The notes under the pieces are model-generated. The model saw only the letters and a list, made by a program, of their open reading frames with translations. It did no database searches and was not told the origin of the DNA. This document shows, piece after piece, positions 30,861-40,331 of a stretch of DNA of 64,000 nucleotides. The stretch's first letter is position 1. Each line of letters starts with the position of its first letter. Both the position numbers and the translations under genes were made by a program. Origin of the DNA: Promethearchaeota archaeon (GTDB taxonomy: Archaea > Asgardarchaeota > Lokiarchaeia > Sigyniarchaeales > SOKP01); the NCBI GenBank assembly GCA_016839745.1, contig JAEOTS010000045.1, forward strand, positions 15,750-79,749, given 5' to 3'.

Positions 30861-31607
30861 ATGGAGAATAACAATTCTATTATTAGCGATAACGGAATTC
30901 CTGTTGTAGTTCCTAAACGTATGTTAGTCTTTGCTGGTCACCCAGATGATGAAATTATATCATGTGGTGGAACGATACTTAAATATCAAGCTTTGGGATC
31001 TGAAGTATTCGTAGTTGTAGCAACAAGCGGATTAGGTGGATACGCAAAAAGCGAACAGAAAACCGAGATTGAAAAGCAAAGAAAGCAAGAACTTGAATTA
31101 ATTCAGAAATCTTTGAAATGTAAAATCATCGAATTAGAGTATGTTGATTTAGAAGTCAATAGCGAACATATTTCAGAAATAACCAATTTAATAAGAGAGA
31201 TTAGACCTCATGTTATTCTAATTCCTCATTATTCAGATTTCCACCGTGTTCATAGGAATTTATCTTTAATTACAAAAGAAGCAATCTACCATTGTTCCAC
31301 GGGTAAAGCATATGGAGGATATAAAAGAAATTGGACTCCATTAGGAGTTTATTACTACGAATCCCCTTCTTGCAAGTTCCAATATGTAGAAGGTTCTGTT
31401 TTTATAATAGTAGATATTGAAAAATACTGGCGCGAGAAAAAAGAAATCTTCAATATTGTTTATCTTTCTCAGAAGGAGGTTTTAGAAAGAGTGCTAGAAT
31501 GGGCTGAGGACACAGCAACTTTAAGAGGTAACGAAATTAATTCAACTTATGGGGAAGCTTTTATCCCCGAGACTACATATACTCCGTTGAAAATTTTATT
31601 ATTATAG
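30861..31607 (+). CDS. PIG-L/LmbE family deacetylase
   Basis: FAGHPDDE...CGGT, D.H..H (SDFHRVH), YGEAF motifs. Confidence 0.9.
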   Translation: MENNNSIISDNGIPVVVPKRMLVFAGHPDDEIISCGGTILKYQALGSEVFVVVATSGLGGYAKSEQKTEIEKQRKQELELIQKSLKCKIIELEYVDLEVNSEHISEITNLIREIRPHVILIPHYSDFHRVHRNLSLITKEAIYHCSTGKAYGGYKRNWTPLGVYYYESPSCKFQYVEGSVFIIVDIEKYWREKKEIFNIVYLSQKEVLERVLEWAEDTATLRGNEINSTYGEAFIPETTYTPLKILLL

Positions 31608-31649
31608 ATTCGAAATAACTAATACCAAACATAAAAAAATAAGGAAATT

Positions 31650-32765
31650 ATGGGTAATCTTACTGTTGTTTTAGATATTGGGCAGTTTTCAGCAAAAGCA
31701 GGATTTGCGGGAGAAGATATGCCGTCTCAAGTTTTCTTCACGATTGTAGGAACCCCAAAATATAGACAAATTGATTACGAGTATTCAGGTATTAGAAAAG
31801 ACGATTTTTATGTAGGAGATGAAATTCAATCAATAGGGTTATATAAGGTTTTTTACCCAATAAATAAAGGAATAATCAAGGACTGGCTTTCTTTTGAAAA
31901 AATAATTGATTACATTTTTTACAATTTAAGAGTAGATCCGAGCTTAGTTAACATATTGTTTGCGGTTCATCCTTTATTTCCTTACAGCGATTTAAAGAAA
32001 TTATTTGAATTATTCTTAGAAAAATATCAATGTAATGCGTTTTATCCTGTCTTAGATTCCATGCTTACTTTGTACGCAGGAGGTTTTCAAACAGGTTTAG
32101 TTGTAGAGATCGGAGATAGTCTTACAAGAATAACTCCTATCTATCAAGGATACAAACTAGATCACGCAATTAAACATGTTGATATTGGTGGAAGAACTTT
32201 AACGAGGTTCATGGAAAAAATATTAGGTGAAAAAGGATATTCGTCAGATTCTTCAATTAGGAGGGAACTTGTAAGAGCCTTAAAAGAAAAAGCGTGTTTT
32301 GTATCTCTTGATTATAAAGAGGATTTGAAGAGAGTTGAGCAATACGAAAAGGAATATTCTTTACCGGACGGCTCAACAATTTTTTTAGCTAGAGAAAGGT
32401 TCGAAGTACCAGAATTATTGTTCAATCCATCATTGGAATTAGAGGAGATTTCTCTCCCAGAAGCAATAATGGATGTTATTGAGATGTGCGACTTAGATGT
32501 TCGTCCAGACTTATTAAACAACATTTTTTTATCGGGAGGTTCTTCTATGTTTCCCAATATCAAATCCCGAATTTATCAAGAATTAGAAATTGAATTAGCT
32601 CGCCGAAATAAAAAAAATCAAGTCATTAAAATAATAGCTCCCAGGGAGCGCATTTTCTCTGTTTGGGTTGGAGGATCGATTTTGGCAATGATCCCTGAAT
32701 TCGAGCAGAATTGGATAACCAGAGCGAAATATTACAATGAAGGTATCCCTGACGATCTTCTATGA
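31650..32765 (+). CDS. Actin-family protein (divergent Asgard actin / Arp-like)
   Basis: VLDIG..AKAGFAGEDMP, YVGDE, GLVVEIGD, IGGRTLT, YSLPDG, ERFEVPELLFNP, LSGGSSMF, IIAPRER.FSVWVGGSILA: colinear with actin over its full length. Confidence 0.96.
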   Translation: MGNLTVVLDIGQFSAKAGFAGEDMPSQVFFTIVGTPKYRQIDYEYSGIRKDDFYVGDEIQSIGLYKVFYPINKGIIKDWLSFEKIIDYIFYNLRVDPSLVNILFAVHPLFPYSDLKKLFELFLEKYQCNAFYPVLDSMLTLYAGGFQTGLVVEIGDSLTRITPIYQGYKLDHAIKHVDIGGRTLTRFMEKILGEKGYSSDSSIRRELVRALKEKACFVSLDYKEDLKRVEQYEKEYSLPDGSTIFLARERFEVPELLFNPSLELEEISLPEAIMDVIEMCDLDVRPDLLNNIFLSGGSSMFPNIKSRIYQELEIELARRNKKNQVIKIIAPRERIFSVWVGGSILAMIPEFEQNWITRAKYYNEGIPDDLL

Positions 32766-32897
32766 ATCATCGCTTTAGATTCAAGCATCTGTTTTTCAAA
32801 GTATCAGAGTAATATTACAAGCGTATTACAGTTTTTTAAAAATATTATTCTGGTATTATATCTTAGTAGAACTTTATCTCAAGTAGAGTGTTAAAAA

Positions 32898-33263
32898 ATG
32901 GAAGGTCCTCAAAATACGAGTTTCGAACAAACTAAAATTCTTAAAAGGTACTATAAGCCAGATTACTCTCAATTATTTAACAAATTAAAGAACATAAAAA
33001 CTCCCGTGAAAAACGAAATTTTAATTTCCTTACTTGACGGAAATTGGCACACAGAGTTAGACTTAATTAGAGTAGCTAAACAAAAAATGAAATATATGGG
33101 TGCTGTAACCTTAGGGACTATGATTCTTTCTTTAAATCATCACTTAAAAAACGATTATGTTGAAAGGAAAGTGATAAACGGAAAGCTGTCTTACAGAATA
33201 TCAGATAACTACGTAGGTCTTACTCGAGCTGCATATAACAAATATAGTTTTAAAATGGACTAA
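32898..33263 (+). CDS. Hypothetical winged-helix-like protein
   Basis: EILISLLDGNWHTELDL...YVERKVINGKLSYRI has wHTH spacing. Confidence 0.6.
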   Translation: MEGPQNTSFEQTKILKRYYKPDYSQLFNKLKNIKTPVKNEILISLLDGNWHTELDLIRVAKQKMKYMGAVTLGTMILSLNHHLKNDYVERKVINGKLSYRISDNYVGLTRAAYNKYSFKMD

Positions 33264-33285
33264 CTTCAAATTAAATAAACTTTTT

Positions 33286-35472
33286 TTAATTTCTTTTTAC
33301 GCACTGATCTTTAGAAATTTGATAACCTGAGCAACTAGAACAAAAACCATTAGTTTCTTCTTTATACCTATTACTCCAACATTTTGGACAAATATAATAT
33401 ACAGTAGTTTTATTTTTGTTCCTTTTTAGGATCTTAAACACATTAAAACCGCATTTTAAACAAGTCGTAGATTTTAATATGGTAATCCTACCAGTTTTTG
33501 GAACTGGGAGGTAAGTCTTACAACTTCTATCAGAACACGCAAGGAATCTTTTTTTTTGTGAAGTAGTGACTAAGCTCATGGGATTAGTATTGCAAGTTGG
33601 GCATTTAGAAGTAGTTTGAGGAAAACTTTTCTGTGTAGAATTTTGTTGCATTGCCGTTTTTAAATTATCTTTCACGCTATCAAATTGGAAAGTTATCGCT
33701 TTTTTATTATTACGGAATTTATCAAATAAATCGAGGAAGAGCTTTTTTACTGTAGTAACCACACTATCCATTGTTTTCCTATTTTCTTTGACGTCTTCAA
33801 GTAACTTTTCAACAAATCTGGTAAAATCAGGCTTTAAAAATGGTAACCACACTTTAATTAATTCACTAATAAGAAATTTACCCCATTCAGTTATTTTAAA
33901 GCGATTTTTAGCAATTCTATAGATTAATTTACGATCTACTAGAATCTTAATTATAGTGGGACGAGTGGATTTTGTTCCTAGGTGTTCTTTCTCCATTAGT
34001 TTTAATAAAGTTGTATCTGTGTAATGGGGAAGTGGTTGAGTTTCTTTTTCGTTCAAAAAGATTTTATTAACCGGAAGTTCCTTAACTTGAATCTCGAATA
34101 ATGGTTGATAAACTTTTTTCAAAAATGGAGCGATTTCGTAAAATCCACTTTGAGTTAACGCCACGATTTGAGATGCAAATACTTCATCTTTGATGGATAA
34201 CTTTAATTTGGTCCTCAATTCTTTTGCTTGTTTACCAAAAAGGGCTAAATAATGGCGAGCTAAAATATCGTATACTTTTTTCTCGAGATCGTTCTCAAAT
34301 TTAGAGCTTTTTTGCTCTAGGCTTACCAATGGAGTAATGGGTGGATGATCTCCAGCATCAACTTTTCCGGTTGTTGGATTCATTCTATTTTCCTTAAATA
34401 GATTTACTGTGTAAGATCCATAGTTAATGTGTGGTTTGAAATTTTTAAGATATTGAATATGATCAAAAGTGGAGTTGTATTTATCGCTATCAGTTCTTGG
34501 GTAAGAGATAATCTGATTTAAGTAGAGTGAATTCATAGTATTCATAGCCGCTCTTGCGCTAATTCTTAAAGTCTTTGTTAACAATACCAGAGCTTTAGAA
34601 GTGTTTAAAGGTGTTGGCGGATTAATTACTACGGATTCTTTTGTATTGTTTAAAATTATAGCGATTTTCTCGTCTTTAATTTTTTGGAAAATAGCTTTTG
34701 CTTCAGATTCTTTCTCTTTAACGAAAGGATTCTTAGTATGCACAGCTTTAATATTATAATTTTTATGCTCTAAATTGGCTGTAATTGTCCAGTATGGTTC
34801 AGGAATAAATTGTTCGATCTCAAGGTCTCTTAAATATATTAAATAGAGTAGAGAAGTCTGTACTCTTCCTATCGATACAAATTTATTATTAATCTCGTTC
34901 AATATCGGTTTGAATGTATTAGTGACTTCTCTAGTGCTTGAAAAACCGATGAAAGCGTCAATAATCGCTCTTGCTTCACCTGATTCTCCCCAACTCCATT
35001 TAGGAGGAATTAGATTTCTATATTTTGAAACGATCTCCTTTTTCTCTAATGAACTTAACCATAGTTGGTTAACTTTAATACTTCTATTAGCCTTAATAAT
35101 AAAGGGTAGCGCGTCAAAAAGACCTATATTACACCCTTCAATGTCTGCATCAGTAGCAATCACACATTCATCGCACAATTTAGAGAATTCGATTAAAGTT
35201 TTAATATATGGACTGGCATAACTTATAGCCACTTTATCAATTGATTTTGGATTTGTAATGATTTCTCTCGGATCTGATTTAGCCCAGCTTTTATATTGAG
35301 CGGTATTTCTATATTCTAAAATATGTCCTCGAAGAGGAACAACATAGATATTCTTAGAAGGTATATGATAGACATGTAGGAACTTAGTTTTGCTTATAAT
35401 GGTAACAGGTCCTAACGCTTCTGCGATTCCTTTAGCAGCTTTATTTTTTTCAGAAATTATTAAAATCGGCAT
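33286..35472 (-). CDS. topA: DNA topoisomerase type IA with C-terminal Zn ribbons
   Basis: ISEKNKAA TOPRIM, ATDADIEG, SIGRVQT, active-site ISYPRTDS, HPPITP, LGTKSTR; C-terminal CxxC repeats. Confidence 0.95.
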   Translation of the reverse strand: MPILIISEKNKAAKGIAEALGPVTIISKTKFLHVYHIPSKNIYVVPLRGHILEYRNTAQYKSWAKSDPREIITNPKSIDKVAISYASPYIKTLIEFSKLCDECVIATDADIEGCNIGLFDALPFIIKANRSIKVNQLWLSSLEKKEIVSKYRNLIPPKWSWGESGEARAIIDAFIGFSSTREVTNTFKPILNEINNKFVSIGRVQTSLLYLIYLRDLEIEQFIPEPYWTITANLEHKNYNIKAVHTKNPFVKEKESEAKAIFQKIKDEKIAIILNNTKESVVINPPTPLNTSKALVLLTKTLRISARAAMNTMNSLYLNQIISYPRTDSDKYNSTFDHIQYLKNFKPHINYGSYTVNLFKENRMNPTTGKVDAGDHPPITPLVSLEQKSSKFENDLEKKVYDILARHYLALFGKQAKELRTKLKLSIKDEVFASQIVALTQSGFYEIAPFLKKVYQPLFEIQVKELPVNKIFLNEKETQPLPHYTDTTLLKLMEKEHLGTKSTRPTIIKILVDRKLIYRIAKNRFKITEWGKFLISELIKVWLPFLKPDFTRFVEKLLEDVKENRKTMDSVVTTVKKLFLDLFDKFRNNKKAITFQFDSVKDNLKTAMQQNSTQKSFPQTTSKCPTCNTNPMSLVTTSQKKRFLACSDRSCKTYLPVPKTGRITILKSTTCLKCGFNVFKILKRNKNKTTVYYICPKCWSNRYKEETNGFCSSCSGYQISKDQCVKRN

Positions 35473-35657
35473 TAGATTTTTTGTTTTATGCCATACATTA
35501 TTTAGATAATTTATAATTCAAGGATTTATAAATAACAATAGATTTACGTATTTCTAATTGATGTTAAATAATACTCTCTAATTTGAATACAAAAATTCAG
35601 CTTATTATAATTTCTCATTGTAGATATTTAATTGTTCTGTAATCTAAAAAAATAAGT

Positions 35658-37658
35658 TTACTGTTTTGGGAGAACAAAGCTAAATTCAGTACCCAAATCT
35701 CTTCCTTTTGACTCAGCCCAAATTTTTCCTCCATGTGCTTCTATAAAACCTTTAGCGATGTACAACCCTAATCCACTTCCTTTATCTAGAGTAGAGTATC
35801 CTTCAATACCTTGTTCTATTGTAACGAACTTACCGAATAACTTTTGCATTTCTTCAGGTGTTAAACCTTTTCCGTTATCCTTTATACTAAAAACGAAAGT
35901 CTCATCATCTTCAATATTAGAGATAATAACTTTTCCATCCTTCGGAGTAAATTTGATAGCATTTGATAATAGATTCAAAAAAACTTGTGAAATTCTGAAC
36001 TGATCTACTTTTAACTTAAGATTTTCTGAGATTTCAAGGTTAATTGTTAAATTTTTTTGTCCAATTTGAAACTCTAAATCAGAAATACAGTTACTTATTA
36101 TATCGTGAATGTTTTCTTCTCTTTTCACTAACTCTATTTTTTTTGCCTCGATTTTCATTACATCTAACAATCGATTAATATACCCTTCTAAGCGTTTGAC
36201 ATTATTCAAAACTCGATTTAAATCCTCCTTAACTTCCTCTTTCAATCCCTTTTCTCTTAATAGTATCAAATCAATGTATCCTCCAACAGAGATTAATGGA
36301 GTTTTCAAATCATGAGCAGCAATACTAATAAAATCAGTTTTCAATCGATCTAATTCTTTCAATTCGATATTTTGTTCTCTTAATATTCGCTCCGATTCTT
36401 TTAATTTTTCCTCAGCGAGTTTCTTTTCTGTTATGTCCTGAATAATAACTTGAACCATTTGTTTTCCACTTATATTGATGCTTGACAGTTCAGATTCAAC
36501 CCAGATCAATTCTTTTTCTTTATTATATATTTCGGTAATTTGAGGTTTCATAATTGGATTATCTGGTTCTCCTTTAGACATTAAATCCCGAAGTATTCTT
36601 AACCCGGGTTTTGTTTCATTGGGAAAAATTCTTGTGAGAGTTAAATAATTTTTATCGAGAATATCTTCTTTTTTGTATCCAAACAGTTCTGTTGTTTTTG
36701 TATTCATATCAACGATTTTACCATTATAATCCATAAGTACGATGCTAAATGGTGAATTCTCAAATAAATGTCGATATTTTTCTTCAGATTCTTTTAATTT
36801 TTGCTCAGCAATTTTACGCTCAGTAATATCTATTACAGAACCGATTGCTTCAATAGGATTTCCTTCGTTATCCTTTAATAATTCAACTTCATCACGCATC
36901 CAGTGATAAGTCCCATTCTTTAATTTGAAGCGGTAATCATATATTGCTACAAATTCTTTTTCAATTAAGTCTGAAAGTTCTGTTAAAACATGTTCTTTAT
37001 CATCAGGATGGATTTTATTGAGCCAAAATTCTGAGTTATTCATAAAATCTTCCGAGGAATAACCCCATTTCTTTAGGACATTATCACTTATAAAAGTAGC
37101 TCCATAATCTCCTACAACTTTCGATGTATAAATTATTGCCGGATTAGAAGAAACTAGAAATTTGAATCTCTCTTCGGATTCTTTTAACTTTTGCTCTGCA
37201 TGTTTTCGTTCTGTGATGTCTGTGACTGAGATTAAATCAGCCGGTCTACCCATGTAATCTACGGATCTAGAATAAATATCTATCCATCTAATTTCTCCCG
37301 ACTTATTAATGATTCGAAACTGATAGTTAGTTAAATAATCCTTTAAACCTCTTTGTTTTTTCTCGAGCTGTTCTAAAACCCAAATTCTATCTTTCGGATG
37401 GATCAAATCAAAAATTTTTATTGGGCTCAAATGCATTGTTTCCTCCACAGTATATCCTGTTAGAACTGTAGATTGCTTGTTAACATACTTTATTTTATTG
37501 TCTTGGATAATTGCGATTCCCATTAGAGAGTTATCTGCAATGGTTTTGAATTTTTCTTCTAAATCTTTAAGTTCTTTAGTGCCTTCCTCTAACTTTTTTT
37601 CCAATTCTTTATTTAATACCATAAGTTCTTCTTTAGACACTGATATATTCACCTTCAT
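35658..37658 (-). CDS. Cytoplasmic PAS-domain sensor histidine kinase
   Basis: Three PAS/PAC domains ending DITE; H-box AHDLKTPL; NLLSNAIKF, DNGKG, GSGLGL. Confidence 0.95.
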   Translation of the reverse strand: MKVNISVSKEELMVLNKELEKKLEEGTKELKDLEEKFKTIADNSLMGIAIIQDNKIKYVNKQSTVLTGYTVEETMHLSPIKIFDLIHPKDRIWVLEQLEKKQRGLKDYLTNYQFRIINKSGEIRWIDIYSRSVDYMGRPADLISVTDITERKHAEQKLKESEERFKFLVSSNPAIIYTSKVVGDYGATFISDNVLKKWGYSSEDFMNNSEFWLNKIHPDDKEHVLTELSDLIEKEFVAIYDYRFKLKNGTYHWMRDEVELLKDNEGNPIEAIGSVIDITERKIAEQKLKESEEKYRHLFENSPFSIVLMDYNGKIVDMNTKTTELFGYKKEDILDKNYLTLTRIFPNETKPGLRILRDLMSKGEPDNPIMKPQITEIYNKEKELIWVESELSSINISGKQMVQVIIQDITEKKLAEEKLKESERILREQNIELKELDRLKTDFISIAAHDLKTPLISVGGYIDLILLREKGLKEEVKEDLNRVLNNVKRLEGYINRLLDVMKIEAKKIELVKREENIHDIISNCISDLEFQIGQKNLTINLEISENLKLKVDQFRISQVFLNLLSNAIKFTPKDGKVIISNIEDDETFVFSIKDNGKGLTPEEMQKLFGKFVTIEQGIEGYSTLDKGSGLGLYIAKGFIEAHGGKIWAESKGRDLGTEFSFVLPKQ

Positions 37659-37904
37659 AGTTTATATTAAAACCAAAATTTAAGTCATTACAATATTCTG
37701 TAAGGACTTGACCAATATTATACCCAAAATCAAAACTTGACGCCATTTTTAGCCAAAACCTCTTAAACTTATAAGATATAAAGTCCCTAATTTATATTCT
37801 AGTAAAGATTTTTAATAATGTTATTCTTTCCTTAAAATTGTAGTATAAAAAAATTAAAGAGAAATTTCTGATCTTTAATATACTAATAGTTATTAAATGA
37901 TATA

Positions 37905-38513
37905 ATGGTTGTTATTGAACCTTCTTTTGAGATCGACGAGAAAGGACGAGTAATTTGCCAATCTCATTCAAAATATCCTCAATTTCTTCAACCACATATG
38001 ACCGATCTAGAGGATATTCAGATGGAAAAACAATTAACATGCAAATCATGTGCACATTATATAAATGATGATTGTTATTTCCCCAGATCTGAAATAGATA
38101 AAATTGAGTTAGACAGGTTAACCAGGTCTCGCTTTCAATGCAACCTTTGTGGAAATAAAATCGATAGAATGTTGACTATAATACAAAAAATCTATTTTGA
38201 AGTCAAGTTTAACATGAACATGCCTTTAATTTGTTGTAATTGCTATCTGAGCTTACAAGAAAATAAATTTATTGAAAATAATAGAAGACGAATTTTTGAA
38301 TCATTATCCTTCTATACACCTAGTATATTTTTAATTATAAATCCATACCCCTTTAATGTTGCTGCTGTTTTGATATATGTCTTTTTTGTAATCGTTCTAA
38401 AAATTATCATTAAGCAAAAGTTTCATTACAGTCTTTTTTTATTGGATTTGCTCAAAGGAAAAAAGTTCTACGAAAAAAATTTTCGAGATAAAGATAAATT
38501 GGATCTACCCTAA
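37905..38513 (+). CDS. Cys-rich hypothetical protein with C-terminal TM segments
   Basis: CxxH, CxxC, CxxC and CCxC motifs followed by hydrophobic helices. Confidence 0.7.
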   Translation: MVVIEPSFEIDEKGRVICQSHSKYPQFLQPHMTDLEDIQMEKQLTCKSCAHYINDDCYFPRSEIDKIELDRLTRSRFQCNLCGNKIDRMLTIIQKIYFEVKFNMNMPLICCNCYLSLQENKFIENNRRRIFESLSFYTPSIFLIINPYPFNVAAVLIYVFFVIVLKIIIKQKFHYSLFLLDLLKGKKFYEKNFRDKDKLDLP

Positions 38514-39614
38514 ATTTCCAGCCCAACCTCGCACTTTTTTTCGCATCCTTTCTTGTTTTATAGCAATCAAATCAATTTCGCTTTTGTTTTTATTCTTTAA
38601 ATTCTCTATTTCGGGAATAAATTGGTATTTGATAAAATAATTTTTGATTTCTTTTGATATTAAATTGTCTGGAATTTTTTGAGGATTATTTCTGAAACCA
38701 TTATAAAGAGACTCCCAGGATTCGAGAAAAGCATCTATATTATCCTTGTATTCAAAGACAGGAAGTGTACCTAAGTTGTTTGTAGTAGTGATTGCGATAT
38801 TTGCTCTACTAACAGTAAATCGATTACCATTGAATGAAACGGCTATACCATCTTCGTCTTTTAATCTTTGGAGCATGTTTATATCCGTAATTGAATCACC
38901 TAATGCTACAATTTCTGAAATTGGAACTTGAGTCTGATTAGAAATAGCCTCAACTGCTAATTCCTTTCTCTTTCCTCCTCGCACTCGAATTAGATCCATG
39001 GCCTTGATATAATCAGAATCTTCTCTTTTCCAGAAAAAATCGTTTAATTCGTTTATGACTTTGTCTAAATGTTTGCCACTGTCGATAAAATGCTGGAAAA
39101 TACCCTTTACCAGTATGTCTACATCGCTCTTAATGTTATGAAAAGTTTCACTCGCGTTTTTTATATTCAACTCGGTGCAAAAAACATGATCAGAAGGAAT
39201 TTTTAACTCTTTAGCTATATTGTAGGCAAAGTGAGAATAGCTTGTAGATATGATATATATATCCCAATCTCTATGGAGCCTTTCCATAAGATCTATACAC
39301 CCAGGTAATAGCCCCAGACTTTGTTTGGCTATTCCTATTAGTTCCTCGTCGGAAAAAGAAGAAATATATAATGGCGCTACTAACCTTAGTGTATCTCCAG
39401 GTTGGTAATCGGGTATATTTAATTCTTCTTTAACTCCGGGGACTTCAATTAGGTAATCATCGTACTCCGATAACATCTCATAAAAGCCTCCCATGTTATA
39501 TTTTTGTAAACCAAGGTTAGATTTATTACCCAGTAGCTTGCTCAAATCTGCAGCGAAGTCAAGAACACTGATAGGCCCCTCTAGATCCCAGCAACAAACA
39601 TTTTTTACTGTCAA
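38505..39614 (-). CDS. HAD-superfamily hydrolase (EhaR/COG4030-like)
   Basis: WDLEGP motif I, YQPGDTL, IISTSY, LGDSITD, SFNGN. Confidence 0.8.
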   Translation of the reverse strand: MTVKNVCCWDLEGPISVLDFAADLSKLLGNKSNLGLQKYNMGGFYEMLSEYDDYLIEVPGVKEELNIPDYQPGDTLRLVAPLYISSFSDEELIGIAKQSLGLLPGCIDLMERLHRDWDIYIISTSYSHFAYNIAKELKIPSDHVFCTELNIKNASETFHNIKSDVDILVKGIFQHFIDSGKHLDKVINELNDFFWKREDSDYIKAMDLIRVRGGKRKELAVEAISNQTQVPISEIVALGDSITDINMLQRLKDEDGIAVSFNGNRFTVSRANIAITTTNNLGTLPVFEYKDNIDAFLESWESLYNGFRNNPQKIPDNLISKEIKNYFIKYQFIPEIENLKNKNKSEIDLIAIKQERMRKKVRGWAGNLG

Positions 39615-39741
39615 GTTCTAATACCTAATATTTGTGTGTCGATTCATATGAAAGATTATTTGTAGTATATAATTTTAATTGATTTCTTATTAATTTGATA
39701 TCAGTCTCAAGATGCACAAAGACAAATTTACAAAAACAGAC

Positions 39742-40233
39742 TCACAAAGAAACCTTAAATATATCTTGAATCGATCTTTCTTTTCTTTCTTTCTCGATTA
39801 TTTGACGCCAGTTTGGCTTAATTACATCGAAGGCATTCTCAGTAAGTTGTACTAATTTTTCGTCAGAAATGTTTAGAAAATAACTTAAAGATTCTAAAGC
39901 TCTCTTGTCTTTTATTCTGGTCAAACTTTCGATAATGAATATAACTCTTAATTTGTCTAATTCTATTTCTGGTTTCTTAATTTCTTCTTCTAATTTTTCT
40001 ATAATTCTCAGTGTAGCTCTCCCATCCTCTATTCGTCCTAATGCTTCTATTATTCTATTTATCACAATAGGATCATCCTCAGATTTTAACGCACGACATA
40101 ATAAGTTAACAGCTCGACCATCTTGTAGAAAACCAAATTGTCTTGCTGCTTCAGCTCTTTTATCAGAATCTTTATCGTGAAACACTTGTTTTATTAACTG
40201 ATTAAAATTTGTGTTTTTAGCTTGCCAATTCAT
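39742..40233 (-). CDS. HEAT/PBS-lyase repeat protein
   Basis: RAEAARQFG..DGRAV; IIEALGRIEDGRA; ESLTRIKDKRA. Confidence 0.85.
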   Translation of the reverse strand: MNWQAKNTNFNQLIKQVFHDKDSDKRAEAARQFGFLQDGRAVNLLCRALKSEDDPIVINRIIEALGRIEDGRATLRIIEKLEEEIKKPEIELDKLRVIFIIESLTRIKDKRALESLSYFLNISDEKLVQLTENAFDVIKPNWRQIIEKERKERSIQDIFKVSL

Positions 40234-40331
40234 AATCCATGTAGAGTTAAAATCGAAATTATTATAATTTGATCTTTATAAAATATAATTCAGTAAGTAA
40301 TGAATGAGTATTTTAAATTGTGAGTTAGATT

